Assembly (NCBI GenBank): GCA_002256025.1
Contig: NKIB01013138.1
Location: forward strand, 1-63,847
Source: Asterionella formosa
Taxonomy: Eukaryota
DNA length: 63,847 nt
Reading direction: 5' to 3'
Part shown: positions 24,321 through 35,604 of the stretch, piece by piece
How positions within the stretch are numbered: the first letter of the stretch is position 1
Layout of the letters: each line of letters opens with the position of its first letter
Position numbers and translations under genes: made by a program
The notes under the pieces: model-generated
What the model was told of the DNA's origin: nothing
Databases searched by the model: none
The model's input: the letters and a program-made list of their open reading frames with translations, nothing else

Positions 24321-27119
24321 CAAATGCTGGTAGGGCAAACCTACAGTTTCACAGTACCAGCGTAGTAATAGGTACAGTTTCACTGTAGCCATGTTATGTA
24401 CGACCGGGTATTGAGACAAAGGGGAAGATGGGAATGTGGAAATTTTATTCATAGATTTTGGTGCCTAATAATCTAACTTAGTATGCTCTTACTGCTTTCC
24501 ACATCTTTTCTAAGAGACTCCGGCCATTCAGACCATCTAAGTTCTTGTTCAGTTTCTGGGTTTTTGGTTGGAGGCACTACTGTGGTCGTAGTCAAAAGGT
24601 TTCGTCGTTCTTAGTGCAACATGATGGAACAGGATGGACTAATTTACTACTTGGCACACATGTTTCAGCAGGATGTTTGTAAGACTGTAAGGACAATGAA
24701 AGTAAAAATAGTTGGTAACGATATCAAAAACAAGGTGATTCGAGGAGATTTAAATGTGTACATGAACTTACCTGGGTGTGACAAAATTTTCTAGTATGAA
24801 ATATTTCACCAACTACTTCGTTTGCATGAGAGGAAGTTATCGATGCAACTATATCCCTTCGTCTTGTATAAACAACAGTGGCAAGGCTGGAATCTTTGTA
24901 TCCACTGATAGAAGAGTTATTCAGGGAAATTTTGCGTTCCAATAGGGCAATCTTATTATGAAGTTGTTTAACACAAAAAACAAAGGATAATGATGCTTCT
25001 GATCAATCACTGTCTCACAATTAAGGCGGAACTGTGATATATATTTGAGATCATCGCCATTATCGAGATGTAAGTCCATAATATTTGTCTTTGGATTATC
25101 AGTGACTGGTGAATTGTCACTCCTTCCTTGAATGGGTGGATAAAAAGGCGGCACCTTCTTGTTACCAGGAGAGGACAGTTCTGACAAAATATCACCATTG
25201 TCAGAATCTGAATCTGAATCTTGATGATGATCTCGCTGCTTTGTTGAAGCAGTGGTATTTGTTACAAACTCTTCGTACTCATGAGACAATTTCGTTACAG
25301 GAGTAACCAAATGCCTGCTATGTTTGACATGAATAGGAAGGCTTTTTTCGAGTCTTTTCATCTTGGTTACTGTTGCGGTACTTCTTCTGAGATCAGTTAT
25401 CAACTCTAGAATTATCGCTTCTTATTATGATTCCTTTACCGGACATGACGATAAAGATGTACAGGATTCAAGGTAAACGGGCCGCTGATGCTTTAAAATC
25501 AAAGAATGAAACAATAATAAAAGAGAAAAGTCTGATATTTGTTTTTGCGCGCCAACATTGAAAAGGGAGTTGGTCTGCCTCTTAGATCATCATACAGAAA
25601 TGTTAATTAATCATTCACTACCTATGTTATAATCTGAGTACTTCGGCATTATATCATAATAATTCACTTCAAGTGTTTTCAATCATGTTCAAATACCTAC
25701 CGGTAGTATTGATCAATACCATAGCCAAACTTGAACGTTAGAACAGTACAGACAGGAACATAGACGAAATATACGGTACCAGGGTAGTTCCCGCTTGGAT
25801 AACGGTGACATACGAGGTCCTGTTACTGTAAGTTCCAGTATTCCTCCATCATGTAAGAACTAGGTACCAGTAAAATCTGACGGTGTATATATGAACCTAG
25901 GATACATGGTGTCCACTGTCCACTATATAGGATATGATAACTGGAACTATATCGGGTACCACCATATTCGAATTCCTGTGAAGTCTTGTATATTTTATCT
26001 AATCGTACATATTGGTAGTAGGGTATTAAATGTTCCTTCGAAAACATTACTAGACATACAGAGATGTAGGTTATACACACTTTTTGAAGAAGAGGAAATG
26101 TTGAGATATTGTTAAAAAATTCATACCGGTAATGCGTTCTATTCCACATAACAAACTAATGAGGGAATGGTAATAGAGAGCCTTCTACCGGTATCAAACC
26201 AACCAGTGAGAAGAGGTAAGTTATATGATTATTTTGCTTCTCAACTGTGGCTACCAAGGGGCTTATGATTGGTACCGTGTGAGACCGGAGGCAAACTATA
26301 AAATTGCATCGCTGTTTGTGTGCGCTGCTACCACTCAAAGTTTCTACACTTCCTCAGGACGAGCGATAAAAATCAACCTAATTACAAGGAAAGAAACCGC
26401 ACTTAATATGTTTGTGCACAATGCTGCAAAGGCTTTGTAGTGTCTGGGTCCATTAATTAGGATTTCGACGTTAATAATATCTTTTCCTTCCATATATGCA
26501 GATGTGAGGGTTAACAACGCAACCTGTCACCCATCAATCAACAGTGAGAGCATACGTAAGTTACTATACTCTCATTTGATGCTCTGTGTTATATAGATTG
26601 TTTATGTCTTCAGTTCGTGGCACATGTGTAGCTGGAGATGCTTTAATCGTTGCAACACTTTTGCTAACATTGATATTATCTCCTCAAAATCATACAGGAA
26701 CCTTGGAGAATGTGGCTTGCTAGTACCATTCTTAATGCAAGCAACAATCAACCATGAGAGCACAGGTAAGTAATATGCACATTGCCTGCTCATACCGAAA
26801 TCGGAGTGATGGATTGTTCATGTGATCGTTTCGTTGCATGTATCTACATTTAGATGGCTGCCTTGCTTACTTGATGCAACAGTTTTGCTAACATTGTTGT
26901 TATTATCTCTTACAGGAAGGTCGTGCAAGAATATTAGAGAATGTGACTTGCTGCCATTCGCAATGGTAGGGGTTCGAATAAAACATCATCAATTTCGTTT
27001 ACTCTCTCATTTCATTTTGAAAAGACAATGATCTAAACATAGCTACCGGAAGTGAAAATTAAGGTATTGAAGACCACTGTGTGCTCATTCTGATAAAGGA
27101 TGCACAGTGGAAAGTATGG

Positions 27120-27680
27120 GTGACCAGAAGTAGAATATTTGAGTATTAAATGGCAATCCATTTAATTCGATTTGTGTTCATCATTGATCGAACATGACAA
27201 TAGGTCTGATCAATGAGAGAAATTAGTTAGATCAGTAGTAATGAACGTTAGATCGAAAGCTAAAAATTCTATTTGATATTACTAGTATTCCAAAGGTTAG
27301 ATCGAATCAATAACTGATTTGATCTCATGATTACTATCTTTAGATCGAACACCAAAATGTTAGTTGATAATAAGAGTGAGAGTGCTGTATTGATCATAAG
27401 CATATTGTATGATCTATTGATTTGAAACTAATTGATATATATATATGATGAGTGTATACTACTAAATGTGATTCGTCATTAATGTTACAAATGCAATCGA
27501 TTACACATTTCATAATATGTATATGATCTATGGTAATTATACACAAGATCAATGCAGCAATATTAATCAATCAATCAGTATTTCTGTATGATCAATCAGT
27601 ATTTTGTATGATCAATCAGTTTTTTGTATGACCAATCAAAAAATGGTACGTAATACTGAGAATTTTTGATGCAGTGGGTC
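27120..27680. repeat. GATC-rich motif array ending in three 20-21-nt tandem units (ATCAATCAGTATTTTGTATG)
   Basis: TTAGATCGA occurs several times; tandem units at about 27570-27640. Confidence 0.7.
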
Positions 27681-28632
27681 TTACAGCAAAACTGTTAGCT
27701 AGGCCTAAGGTTTTTTAATTTACAGACGTACTTTAAGCCATTCAACAATAGCTAGAGAGCTTGTTCTTTATGCGAATAAAAACTTCGCATCGCGGAAATG
27801 ATCACGAACTCCCCTGATGGATGGTTTATGCAATTTCTGTCACTTTCATGCAAAAAATGTATTCTTTCATTACCTGAATTGCCGTGTCAGCCGTGTACAT
27901 GCTAGCAGGTACCTTTAGCCCTACCAGTAGACAGAGAGATACTTAATACATTCTGTACATATAGAGGTTTATATTTTATATGCTTGGCATACATACCACA
28001 CCGGTACAACTAGAATATGTGTGTTAGTACTGCTGTACTAGGGGAACGATGAGACAGCAAATCCATCTTGGCTGGCTGACCATGAGGAAATTATTGGACT
28101 GAATATCTCCGCCAAGCAATATTGACAATGAGCAATTCCAATTACGCACATGTATACAGACTAAAAAAAAAGAGATATTCGTTCAATTATGATTTTTTTG
28201 CTGTAATATTGACAACAAAAAGTTGAAAGAGCCGCTGGTGGAAGTTGTTTTTGGTCATCGTTTGCTCAGTTTTGAGGCTAGGAACAAAAACAAAACATTG
28301 TTGAGTCCATGGCGACTACTAGCTTGATAACTTCTATTAGATAATTATTTCTATCTTCTGTACAAATAGATGAGAAAACTTGAGCAATAGAAATCTCAGA
28401 GAAGGCACAACATGCATCTCAAAATGCAAGAACATACCGGGTACTAAACAATTTTGTGTGTCTATTTCCATGCAGACACTCCTCAGACTGCATCTAGTCG
28501 TCGGACACCTGTCGACATCAACAGCCTAACCGACACATTTTAACATATGTGTGGCGGCCGCAGTCATATATGACTACCGGTTAGCTAGTTCCATCTCCTA
28601 TCATCAGTTTCGACAGCCATTCTAAATTGAGA

Positions 28633-30519
28633 ATGATCAGAGTCGTTCGCTTGCAGAGCAGACAGCTGCAAAGGCAAGTATTACACAAATGCGTTAATGC
28701 AGCTGGAAGCGCCCTCGGAACCGCACGATGTCGATTATACTCGAAAACTCCGCTTCTGTCCGAAGCGGAGGGCCAGGACGATGCTGCTGCTCGCCGAGCG
28801 GAGCACGCAGAGAAGGAAGCTCTTCGTCTGAAGAGAAAGGAGATTGCAAATGACTACAATCGTCGTCGCGACGCTTACAACAAGCAAGTCTCCGGTCTCC
28901 GAAAAGAATATGCTGCCGAAGTGGCGCTTCAGCGTGCTCAAGACCAAGCAGAAGCATCCGCGAAGCGACAACAGGAAGCTCGCAGCAAGCTCGAGCGACA
29001 GCGTCTCAAGAATATCAAGAGTGCAGCGAGTGCTGTCAGACAGAAACAACTCCGCGAAGAGCGCGACGTCGAGTTCCAGGAGGAGCTCAGGATTGCCCAG
29101 ATTGATAGGGATGCGAAAAATGCTAGATATACCTTGGCGCGCCAGATGGTCATTGATGAGTTAGAAAAAGAGGCTCCCTTATGGCTTACCACTCCAGAAG
29201 AGGTTGAGGCGGCTTTCAATGCTGCCACTGAACAAGAATTGTGGGCTCGGCCTAATGGAGTTATCGGAGCTCCATTCCCTACTGAGGATGCTGAGTTCTG
29301 GAAGTACGAAACTCGCACTTGGCAGATGAGAAGGACTTACAAAACGCGCGGAGAGATTATTCTTGAACATCTAGAGGAAGAGGCTTACAAAGATGCGAAT
29401 GTTAACCCTGCCTATTGGACACCGGCACGATTGAAATACCGTGAGGCACTAGAAGAGAAGGCAAAGCTTCGCGCCATGGTCCGAGATGCAGGTAGGCGCG
29501 CCTTGTTGCTCAAGCAACAAGAGATGCTCCAAGAGCGCTTTGGTTCTGATGCAGACAGTATTCCACGTACTATGCCCGTTTCAAATGTGACTGTATTAAA
29601 GGACGTCGATGCCATGGAGAGGGAAGGTGCCAAGTTCTTGCTCAGTGATCCTACCAAATTCTTTGAGTTTTTCAACGATGTTGTCAATGACAACGAAAAT
29701 GCCAACGGAAATGATAAGGGAGGGAACCATAGTGATTATGTAGGACCAAGTCTTGGCGTGCCTGTGGCATTGAAAAACCCTATCGCATTTGGCCCTGGCG
29801 AAGACAGACCTTTCCCGATCACTATTGGAACAATGTTGAAACCGGACCAGCGTACTGAAAAAGAGAAGAAACGCGACGAGAGAACACAGCAAATGCTTGC
29901 CGCCGCAGCTGGCATCGACGATGCTGCAGGTGATGATGTCATTGATATTGACGACGAAGTTCCAGAGCATCTACGCGTAGATTACAATCAGGAAATTAGG
30001 TATGATTCAGACGATGAATGGGAAGCACGTCTTGATCCCGAGATCGACAAGAATCTATACAATGTACCAGCTGGCATGCGCATTAAGGAATCTGACCAGG
30101 AATACGTTGTTCAAAAGCTTGACAAACATATCCATCACTTGGACGAGAAGATACGCCTTGACATTGAGAATGCTCGCCTCCAGCTTGGTGCTGCCAGAGC
30201 TGCTGGTCTTGCTGAAGACGATTTTGAACGCGCACCCGAGGGATCCCATTACTACATCAACACCCCTGATGGACGAAGCTATAACATGGAGGAACTCGGG
30301 ATTGATCATGAGGAGGTTGATGATATCCTAAGCTCCTTGACTGAAGAACAATTAGTGTACATGCACGCCATTGAATCTGAAGCTGGTGACACACCGCTCA
30401 CTTCCGATGAGCTCAGGAAGAAGTTGGGGGTTATTCCAGGTTTAACGGAAGCGCAGATTGACAAAATTATTTCCCTTGAGGAAATTCTGGCAAGCAAGGA
30501 AGAAATTTCTAAATTGTGA
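28633..30519 (+). CDS. Mitochondrion-targeted coiled-coil protein, mitoribosomal mS26-like N-half with a long acidic extension
   Basis: Intact 628-codon ORF with an Arg-rich presequence. YNRRRDAYNKQVSGLRKEYAAEV and LEKEAPLWLTTPEEVEAAF resemble mS26 motifs by eye. The CDS is likely; the family call is tentative. Confidence 0.6.
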   Translation: MIRVVRLQSRQLQRQVLHKCVNAAGSALGTARCRLYSKTPLLSEAEGQDDAAARRAEHAEKEALRLKRKEIANDYNRRRDAYNKQVSGLRKEYAAEVALQRAQDQAEASAKRQQEARSKLERQRLKNIKSAASAVRQKQLREERDVEFQEELRIAQIDRDAKNARYTLARQMVIDELEKEAPLWLTTPEEVEAAFNAATEQELWARPNGVIGAPFPTEDAEFWKYETRTWQMRRTYKTRGEIILEHLEEEAYKDANVNPAYWTPARLKYREALEEKAKLRAMVRDAGRRALLLKQQEMLQERFGSDADSIPRTMPVSNVTVLKDVDAMEREGAKFLLSDPTKFFEFFNDVVNDNENANGNDKGGNHSDYVGPSLGVPVALKNPIAFGPGEDRPFPITIGTMLKPDQRTEKEKKRDERTQQMLAAAAGIDDAAGDDVIDIDDEVPEHLRVDYNQEIRYDSDDEWEARLDPEIDKNLYNVPAGMRIKESDQEYVVQKLDKHIHHLDEKIRLDIENARLQLGAARAAGLAEDDFERAPEGSHYYINTPDGRSYNMEELGIDHEEVDDILSSLTEEQLVYMHAIESEAGDTPLTSDELRKKLGVIPGLTEAQIDKIISLEEILASKEEISKL

Positions 30520-31363
30520 CTTGGTTGTAAATGAGTTAAGCTAAGCAACTAATTGTTATGCAATTTTACAGTATCATTAGGGGGCCATGCTGCACCAGGA
30601 ATTAATAACAGGGGTTTCGGTGACTAGCACAATTGCAGGGCTTGACCAGTCAGCTTGTGATGAAAACTTGGTTGTCATGACAGACATATGGACCTATATG
30701 GCAAATGCTAACATTTTCACTCTACTTCATTGCCCATATCACTTCCAATCTGATTGGCGAATGCCTATTTGTATTAAGATTATTCAAGAGCATGTCGAAA
30801 TTTTAGTAGCTGTAGACAACCTCTGTATATGTACTCTGTTTTTGGCATTAATGATCAGGGTGCACATTCCCTTCCACCATTTTCCTTGCACCAATCATAA
30901 TTCAATCCATCTGAGTAGCTCACCTTGGGTTGCAACTTTGCCCTCTATCCTTTGATTCATGATTAAAAAATGGTCTTGTTCCAGAACTCTGAAGAAAGGA
31001 ATATACAAACAACTGGAAGGCAGTTGACATCCAATGAATTGGAAATGATGAAAGTATTGGATTACTATTTGAACATTTCAACTATCTCCTGTAGCAAATT
31101 CCTCAATGCCCCCAGTACTCCAAACAAATCTTTTCAGGCTCTGGTGCATTTTCAACAGCATCAAAATCAAAAGATGCAGCAGGAACAACAACATCCCCAC
31201 ATCATGAACTGTGCCAAAATACAGACTAAATCCAGTCTATTATACACAGAGTTCAGCCCATACATATGTTTAGCTGGAATGAATCCGAGAAAATGTATAT
31301 ACACCAGCAGGCTATTAACACCATGCATGAAAAGAATTCGTTTGGACTCCTTGACTGCTTCTT

Positions 31364-32179
31364 ATGGGGATAACAATAATTCAAATTCGGCACTGCTCGT
31401 GTATTCCAGCTATTGAAAATCTCGTCCAGAATCAGTTGGTCGTTGGTCCAAAGGAAGATGAAGCGCCAAGAAAGCAAAACGTTGTTGTCGTCTTCTGCCG
31501 CAGCGTTGGGGTCGCATGGAAAGGGCTTTTCCCGCTGCTTTTTGTTGCACCGAAGAAAATGTCAAGAAGGTGCGCCATTGCCGTATTAGCGTTGATCAAC
31601 AGGTCGCAGAATGGTACTTTCGATGGGATTTCACTGGAACCGTCGCGACTAGAGGGGATAGTTGTTCAAAATCATGCAAGAATAATCCAATCGAAGATAC
31701 CAATGGTGCTCATAGTCGCGCCACCCTTGGAAACATCATTAGATACACAGTTCAGCTCTCGGTTGATCCGAGTTGAGCATATATGGATCCAAATGATCAC
31801 ACTGAGTGCATGGATTGCAACGCTAGGTGGTGGCTACTTTCTTTGTCGACACTTGGAGACTGCAATTCACCTTGCCCGTCAGCAACGAGCTATCGCCCTT
31901 TGGATGGGCGATGTGTCCACTGCTGATAAGTGCACCTTGAATGAGGCTTTCAACTACATCCATGCGGGTGGATTCGTTATCGCCATGGAAAAGATCAAAG
32001 CAGTCACTGCCTCATGTAAGGCACGAAATGATGTCTTGACACTGAAAATGTCTGGGAGTGCCAAACTTTTTCTCAAACGCGTACGAAAGGCCTCCAAGCT
32101 CGAGAGCGATAATGAGACAAACGATGATTATCAAAGGATACGAATTTTCAAAGACAGATCAAAGCGAAATACGGTATAA
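31364..32179 (+). CDS. DUF4807-like protein (true start may be ATG 31559)
   Basis: WIATLGGGYFLC...ARQQRAIALWMGD...KCTLNEAFNYIHAG matches the recalled DUF4807 pattern. Confidence 0.6.
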   Translation: MGITIIQIRHCSCIPAIENLVQNQLVVGPKEDEAPRKQNVVVVFCRSVGVAWKGLFPLLFVAPKKMSRRCAIAVLALINRSQNGTFDGISLEPSRLEGIVVQNHARIIQSKIPMVLIVAPPLETSLDTQFSSRLIRVEHIWIQMITLSAWIATLGGGYFLCRHLETAIHLARQQRAIALWMGDVSTADKCTLNEAFNYIHAGGFVIAMEKIKAVTASCKARNDVLTLKMSGSAKLFLKRVRKASKLESDNETNDDYQRIRIFKDRSKRNTV

Positions 32180-32260
32180 CAGCTAACATTGCAATCTTTG
32201 GGTGAAGTGTTGTAAAGAGAGTAAACTCGATAATTTTAAGTGTCGCCAGCAGCCTTCCAC

Positions 32261-34593
32261 TTATTTATTATGTGAAGTCGACTTGCCCGGGCTCTCGGCT
32301 TCTGGCAACGAAGTTGGATTTTTTAGAACAGAGTCCTTGAGTAGAACTGTACAGGAGCCATCTTCCTTTAGCAGGGGGGATTCTTCTCGAGGTTTTTCAA
32401 GGTATTCCAGACCGCCATTCTTGGCGATTTCTTGGAGGAGGAGTTTCGTCTCAGTAAGCAACCGTTGACGATCGCTATTCTTCATCTCCAAGCTAGCAGC
32501 TAGATATGCTTCTTTTGCTGCCAGCTGACGCTCTACCTTAGCAAGATTATCGCGCATTTTGTTCAGATGATCCTTAGCGTTGGCGTTGAATTTGAACATT
32601 CCAAAGAAACGATCGAAAGAGTCCCCATTTGTCATCTCAGCAACATCACAAAGAGCTGCGTACTCCTTCGAGCTAACAGGACTTGCTGGCAAGAGATTGC
32701 TATCCAAAAGTCTTCCCGTTAAATGCGTGACAAATTCAGCATCAGCTGTTGACGCGTCATGCTCTTCTGCCGTCATCTCCACCATTTGGCAGCGAGCTTC
32801 TTCGAATATATGAAGGAACTTATCACATCGTTTCACGTCCGATACTCTAACTTTCTCGTAAACCATTGGGCTACCATCCCACGTGGTCGAAGTATATGGG
32901 TCATCATGAGAACTAGGACCAAACATGGGATTGCTACTGATAATATCAGTCTCGGGGCCAAAGTGACGCAATAGTACTGCCTTGGGGTGAGCATTGAGTG
33001 GACATACTTCCACCACCAACTTTCCACGCAGTAAATCAGAAGGAAGCGAAGAGACTACGTCCTCAAACGCAATCATGGGGACAGCGAGAACAACGACATC
33101 GAGATCATGTAGAAATTTGGATATCTGGAAATGCGGATAATAGTCGACACCAAGCTTTTGGGCCTCTACTGACTGACACAGAGGAGTTGAGAAATCTCTA
33201 AACAATGCGCTGCCGGGATATTAATCATCAAAGAATGAATCTTACCTTGTCAATCAAGTCAATACATGCAACATCATGGTTCATGGACAGTCTACCAGCG
33301 AGAAACTGGCCGAAAGAGCCGAACCCAATGATCCCGATCCGCAATGGCGTCGAGTCTCTGGAGTCGCTTGGTAAGGTCTTTAAACTGATCTCCTTTGGGT
33401 CTAATGCCATATTCTTCAGATCTGCGACGGCCTCTGCAACTGGTCCCACTGTTCGAGATTTTTGAGGATATGATCCCAAGATGCGGAGAAAATCGGCTTG
33501 TTCTCTCAAGTGTGCCAGCTAGAAGTGGGACAATTAGCAACAAATAAAACGCAAGAGTATTTCAAATTGCAACAAATTTACAACTTACAGCATTCTGGGA
33601 ATTCTCGTCTAATTCACCAGCCAAAAAATCTAGATAGAAGCAGTAGCGGAATCGAGGCAAGTCGGCCTTGTTGCGAGACTTTCTGCCCTTTTGTTGGCTT
33701 CTGAATTTCAGAAAGTTGAGCAACGAGGCAGAAGTTGGACGACTTTCAATTTTAGAAAAGTCAATTTCTCTTAAAGAAAAGCATGCCAGAGCCTTGTACA
33801 GTGCCCCTGCAGTATCAGGCAAAGTGAAGACGATAGACGTTTTACTTGGGATTTGCTTGGTCAGGAATTGTGAAACACCTTTTCTCGCCAAGAGCAAGAA
33901 ACGAGTGAAATTGGTGTCGTCATCCTCGATTCCGATTCCTAAGCAATTCAGACCATATGTGAGCCCCGCAAGGTCCGAGGCAATGGCAGCTGTGTTCGCC
34001 GGTGTGCACTTGTCAGGTAAAGCCTTGCCCTCTGAGATCATTTTCGCACTGCCGGCGGTGTCATATGTTGGTATTGGCGTAATACCTAACCCTCTGAGAA
34101 AATTGTCACACTGGGCCAAAGCCTGGGGATGACTAATAGCATATTTTATATCTTCTCTCTTTACACCAGGCATGGCAAGAAGGCAATGATTGACGCGAAA
34201 GTCGTGTTCAGCTACGATAGTCAAATCATACCTCAACATGAGATCATAGTTCTCATGAATGGACCCTCCAAGTGAGTTTTCGATTGGTAAGCATGCATAC
34301 TCGCATTCCATTGAAGCAACAGCTTGAAAGCAAGCTTCGAAGTTTGGTCGTCCAATTGCAATAACGTTTGATCCAAGAAGCTCACGCGTTGATTTCTCGG
34401 AGTATGCGCCAGGTTCGCCCTGATATGCAACTCGAATAGGAGTTCCACCCCCACTGCTTGCCGTGGCAAGGTTAGCTCCACCGCGTTCTAAAAGAGTGGA
34501 AAATGATGTCTTTGGCGAAGCAATCACCACGCTAATGCGCAATAAACTTGCCACTGTCACGAAGTACGTTGGCATCAATTTTGTGGTCCTCAT
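32261..34593 (-). CDS. Prephenate/arogenate dehydratase (PDT+ACT) fused to prephenate/arogenate dehydrogenase (TyrA); exons 34593-33589, 33518-33246, 33172-32261, about 729 aa
   Basis: VAYQGEPGAYSE, PIENSLGGS, SHPQALAQC, NFTRF, SKIESRP, ILGSYP; then IGIIGFGSFGQF, PMFGP, EEHD..TA..EFVTH. Two phase-0 GT-AG introns. Confidence 0.9.
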
Positions 34594-34807
34594 GTTGCCT
34601 TATTCCCTTCTCTGCTTTTCTTAATTTTTCTAGTTTCAATATATTCTATAGACACTCTAAAAGCTAGCGTGGGTGCGAGCAGTTTAGCAGTCAAGGAGGC
34701 AACAGGGAAGTATAATCAACAAATGCAACAATAATATATATATTATGTCATGTCTCAAGCGAATCGCAGCATGCCATTGATGTCGTGGGGAAGGGAGAAG
34801 GTTTAAT

Positions 34808-35270
34808 TACCGGTTCATGGTACCGGTACCCTGGTTCCGGGTGCCAGGTACCCCGAGAACGGTATACTGGTACGAGGTACCTGGTACACTCATACGCAAG
34901 TTGCGGTAATTGTGCTGAAACTAAAGGTTTAGCTGACTTTATCGCAGATTAAAATATTAGTTAAAAGCAAAATGACCGCAACTTGCAGCCACCCTACTAC
35001 CGCCAGGTAACAGGGAGTACCAGCACTTGTCTTCGTCAGCATGGATAATCTTTGCTTCAGTGGTATTGTTTGGTTCGTCGGATCAAGGTACCTGGTACCA
35101 CGTTACCAGGTACACAAAGTACTCCATTCCCTGGCTCAGCACTTGTTCTGTACCAGTTACCAGGTACCCACCTTGTACAAAATACATTACCAGGTACCAG
35201 GTACCCGGTATCCCGTATACCTATTTATGCATTTATACTACCAGGTACCCTGGGTATCAGGTACCCTGGT
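34808..35270. repeat. TA-CCWGG-type arrays in the divergent PDT-TyrA/NOL10 intergenic region
   Basis: Units cluster at about 34808-34890 and 35088-35270. Confidence 0.8.
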
Positions 35271-35604
35271 CACAGTTTACATCTGTACGTGCTGCATGTT
35301 GAGTCAATGAGGTTATGGGGTGTTGCCTTCGAGCCAATCGAGCGACGGTGACAGTTCAGGTCATCATTATCAGGCGAAAACAAAAAAGGGCAATTGAATT
35401 GACGATTGTCCAACCCCCACAAAAGAAAGAATGTGGAACTACCTTGGTACTCCGAGGTACTTTACATGATGTCAGGCAGTATCATAACTTCTTTCATCAA
35501 TGCCGACTGTTACCATCAGAGCTGGTGTATAATAGTGCTCAACTTGTGTGAAACATCTCGGGACTAGGCTACCGGTAGCAACATTGATAGTGTCCCTCGT
35601 CGCC

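Noticed and set aside
30560..31360. ORFs of 122 and 148 aa between the mS26-like and DUF4807-like genes
   Set aside because: CpG-depleted with no recognisable motif; probably an unclassified TE remnant.
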